Shown here: piece after piece, positions 62,355 to 64,000 of the stretch | Layout of the letters: the number at the start of each line of letters is the position of its first letter | How positions within the stretch are numbered: the stretch's first letter is position 1 | IMG/VR virus record: IMGVR_UViG_3300005201_000027 | Length of the DNA: 64,000 nucleotides | Reading direction: 5' to 3' (one strand) | From: an uncultured virus (IMG/VR IMGVR_UViG_3300005201_000027) | Lineage: Duplodnaviria > Heunggongvirae > Uroviricota > Caudoviricetes | The notes under the pieces: model-generated | What the model was told of the DNA's origin: nothing | The model's database searches: none | The model's input: only the letters and a program-made list of their open reading frames with translations | Made by a program: the position numbers and the translations under genes

Positions 62355-62770
62355 TTATAAAAGAATAAGACTTATAAAAGAATAAGACTTATAAAGATAT
62401 GAAAAGTCGATTTACCAGATTGTGGTGTAGCCAGATTGTGGTAAATCGACTTCTGGATGTTGTGGATAAGTGTATAAATCGCTATGTTAGCGCTCTTAAT
62501 CGTTGGTAATAGCCAGAAGTCGTATTTCAACNNNNNNNNNNNNNNNNNNNNNNNNNNNNNNNNNNNNNNNNNNNNNNNNNNNNNNNNNNNNNNNNNNNNN
62601 NNNNNNNNNNNNNNNNNNNNNNNNNNNNNNNNNNNNNNNNNNNNNNNNNNNNNNNNNNNNNNNNNNNNNNNNNNNNNNNNNNNNNNNNNNNNNNNNNNNN
62701 NNNNNNNNNNNNNNNNNNNNNNNNNNNNNNNNNNNNNNNNNNNNNNNNNNNNGTATTTCAACTTCTGGTC
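62355..62770. other. Putative plasmid-type replication origin
   Basis: 17-bp AT-rich tandem repeat TTATAAAAGAATAAGAC, iteron-like CCAGA..GT/ACTTCTGG repeats running into an N gap, perfect DnaA box TGTGGATAA at 62461-62469. Confidence 0.75.
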
Positions 62771-62793
62771 AAAATAAAAAGCCCAAAGTGGGC

Positions 62794-63282
62794 TTAAACG
62801 TCATTCATCCAATCTCCGTTAACAATGTAATCGTAATCAGGGTCATTTTTATCCACCTGAACTACTGCTTCATTTTCTTCAATCTGCTTTCTTGGCGACA
62901 AGTTTCCTGTGCTTTCTTGGATTAGTCTTGGGATTCCATTAGAGTCTACTTCTATCGGTTCATCCCAGAACACCCATTTCCACTGGTATACTTTGCCTGT
63001 GCTTCCACAACGGAGACTAATCTTGTGCAGGTATTTTTTTTCTTGAAGCTCTTTGGTGTACTTTTTGACAGCGTATAGAGATTCGTTTGACATTGAAACG
63101 AGGATTTTATCAGTACACGGAAAGTCTTCCTTATTTGACATTAAGTAAGCTAGTACACCTCTTGCCGCATAAGATAGCTCCTTGTTCCTTAAAACCTTAG
63201 TATGAATCTTTGTGTAATCTGTTTCGTGGCTGAATGCACGAGAGCCAACTGATGGCATAAATTTTTCATCTTCTTTTTTCAT
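62794..63282 (-). CDS. Replication initiator-like winged-helix protein
   Basis: YTKIHTKVLRNKELSYAARGVLAYLMS...KELQEKKYL; adjacent to iteron-like repeats. Confidence 0.75.
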   Translation of the reverse strand: MKKEDEKFMPSVGSRAFSHETDYTKIHTKVLRNKELSYAARGVLAYLMSNKEDFPCTDKILVSMSNESLYAVKKYTKELQEKKYLHKISLRCGSTGKVYQWKWVFWDEPIEVDSNGIPRLIQESTGNLSPRKQIEENEAVVQVDKNDPDYDYIVNGDWMNDV

Positions 63283-63351
63283 TTACATTTCCTCCTAGTC
63301 TGGTAAGACAAGGATAGGAAGAACCTTATGAGAAATATTTCCAATAGGGTA

Positions 63352-63454
63352 TTTACAAATAATCCTATATGGGGTACAATAGTCCCATAAGGTTCTTCCT
63401 TTTCCGATACCGATACAGTGCTAAGTTTGGCGACCTACACTGTATCGGTATTTT
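63352..63454 (+). ncRNA. Putative antisense copy-control RNA (~63387-63454) with its promoter
   Basis: TTTACA-N17-TACAAT on + strand; 14-bp stem ATACCGATACAGTG/CACTGTATCGGTAT + TTT; antisense to rep leader. Confidence 0.65.
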
Positions 63455-63616
63455 GCGTTTACCAGAAATTTTTCTAAATAAATTGTACCATATTTTGACA
63501 AAACTGTGGGAGTATTCCCTCCGACAAATTTCGCCAATGTTAAATTTGCACAAATTATCCGATTTAATTTATATAATACATGAATTCCGACCAAATGTAA
63601 AGCCTAACCAATAGAG

Positions 63617-64000
63617 TTAGGCTTTTTTCTTTTCTGCAATTTCCAACAAATCCTTGTTTCCAGACAAACATTTGACGATACATTCAACAGCGTGCAACTC
63701 CTTTTTATCGAGCTGAACAATCATTTCGAACAATTCCTTGATTAATTTGTCTTTTGCTAATTTATTGTCTTTAAGGGCTTCTTCCCAGAGCTTGGAATCA
63801 CTTTGGCTACGATACATTGCGCCAGTTCCCTCATCAAACCATTCCTTACGGATATTAAATCTCTCTATAATATGGGATGCAAATTCTTTTTTCAAAGGTG
63901 TTCGTAAAAGTTCCACGTTAACAATCTTCCCACGACTTACCCCGAGCTTTCTTCCAAATTGTGTTTGGGTGAATTTCTGGTCTTCCCTAATCTTCCTCAC
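63617..64000 (-). CDS. XRE-family repressor (5' end probably outside window)
   Basis: IREDQKFTQTQFGRKLGVSRG..VE...EWFDEGTGAM. Confidence 0.85.
   Translation of the reverse strand: MRKIREDQKFTQTQFGRKLGVSRGKIVNVELLRTPLKKEFASHIIERFNIRKEWFDEGTGAMYRSQSDSKLWEEALKDNKLAKDKLIKELFEMIVQLDKKELHAVECIVKCLSGNKDLLEIAEKKKA

Noticed and set aside
62400..62770. Repeats as a CRISPR array with the Cas4-like nuclease
   Set aside because: Short mixed-orientation repeats without unique spacers next to rep and a DnaA box; no cas operon
62372..62925. ORFs spanning N runs
   Set aside because: Artefacts of the assembly gap

Overview
A near-complete genome of a tailed (siphovirus-like) phage of a low-GC Firmicute. It appears to be a phage-plasmid: it has a ParM/ParR partition pair, a Rep gene with an iteron/DnaA-box origin and an antisense copy-control RNA, a dif-like site, and no integrase in the window. 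Layout: 0.2-28 kb packaging, head, tail and lysis (+), including a tRNA/ncRNA cluster and a group I intron in terL; 28.4-30 kb putative type I toxin plus parMR; 30-51 kb replication and nucleotide metabolism (helicase, loader, SSB, PAPS-reductase-like protein, HNH-ThyX fusion, primase, sigma-like factor, PolA, RuvC, intron-split dUTPase, nrdE/I/F); 51.5-59.5 kb minus-strand early/accessory genes; 60-64 kb Mrr-like nuclease, origin, rep and repressor. Main observations: three genes broken exactly at poly-G tracts (candidate phase variation, or homopolymer errors); an unassigned ~300-nt structured RNA beside the tRNAs; two group I introns with inferable splice sites; a -1 frameshift extension of the capsid; a three-copy phage-specific promoter motif; duplicated peptide/antisense/AbrB cassettes; and a GIY-YIG-FtsK-gamma fusion. 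All protein calls come from motif recognition by eye, not database searches.
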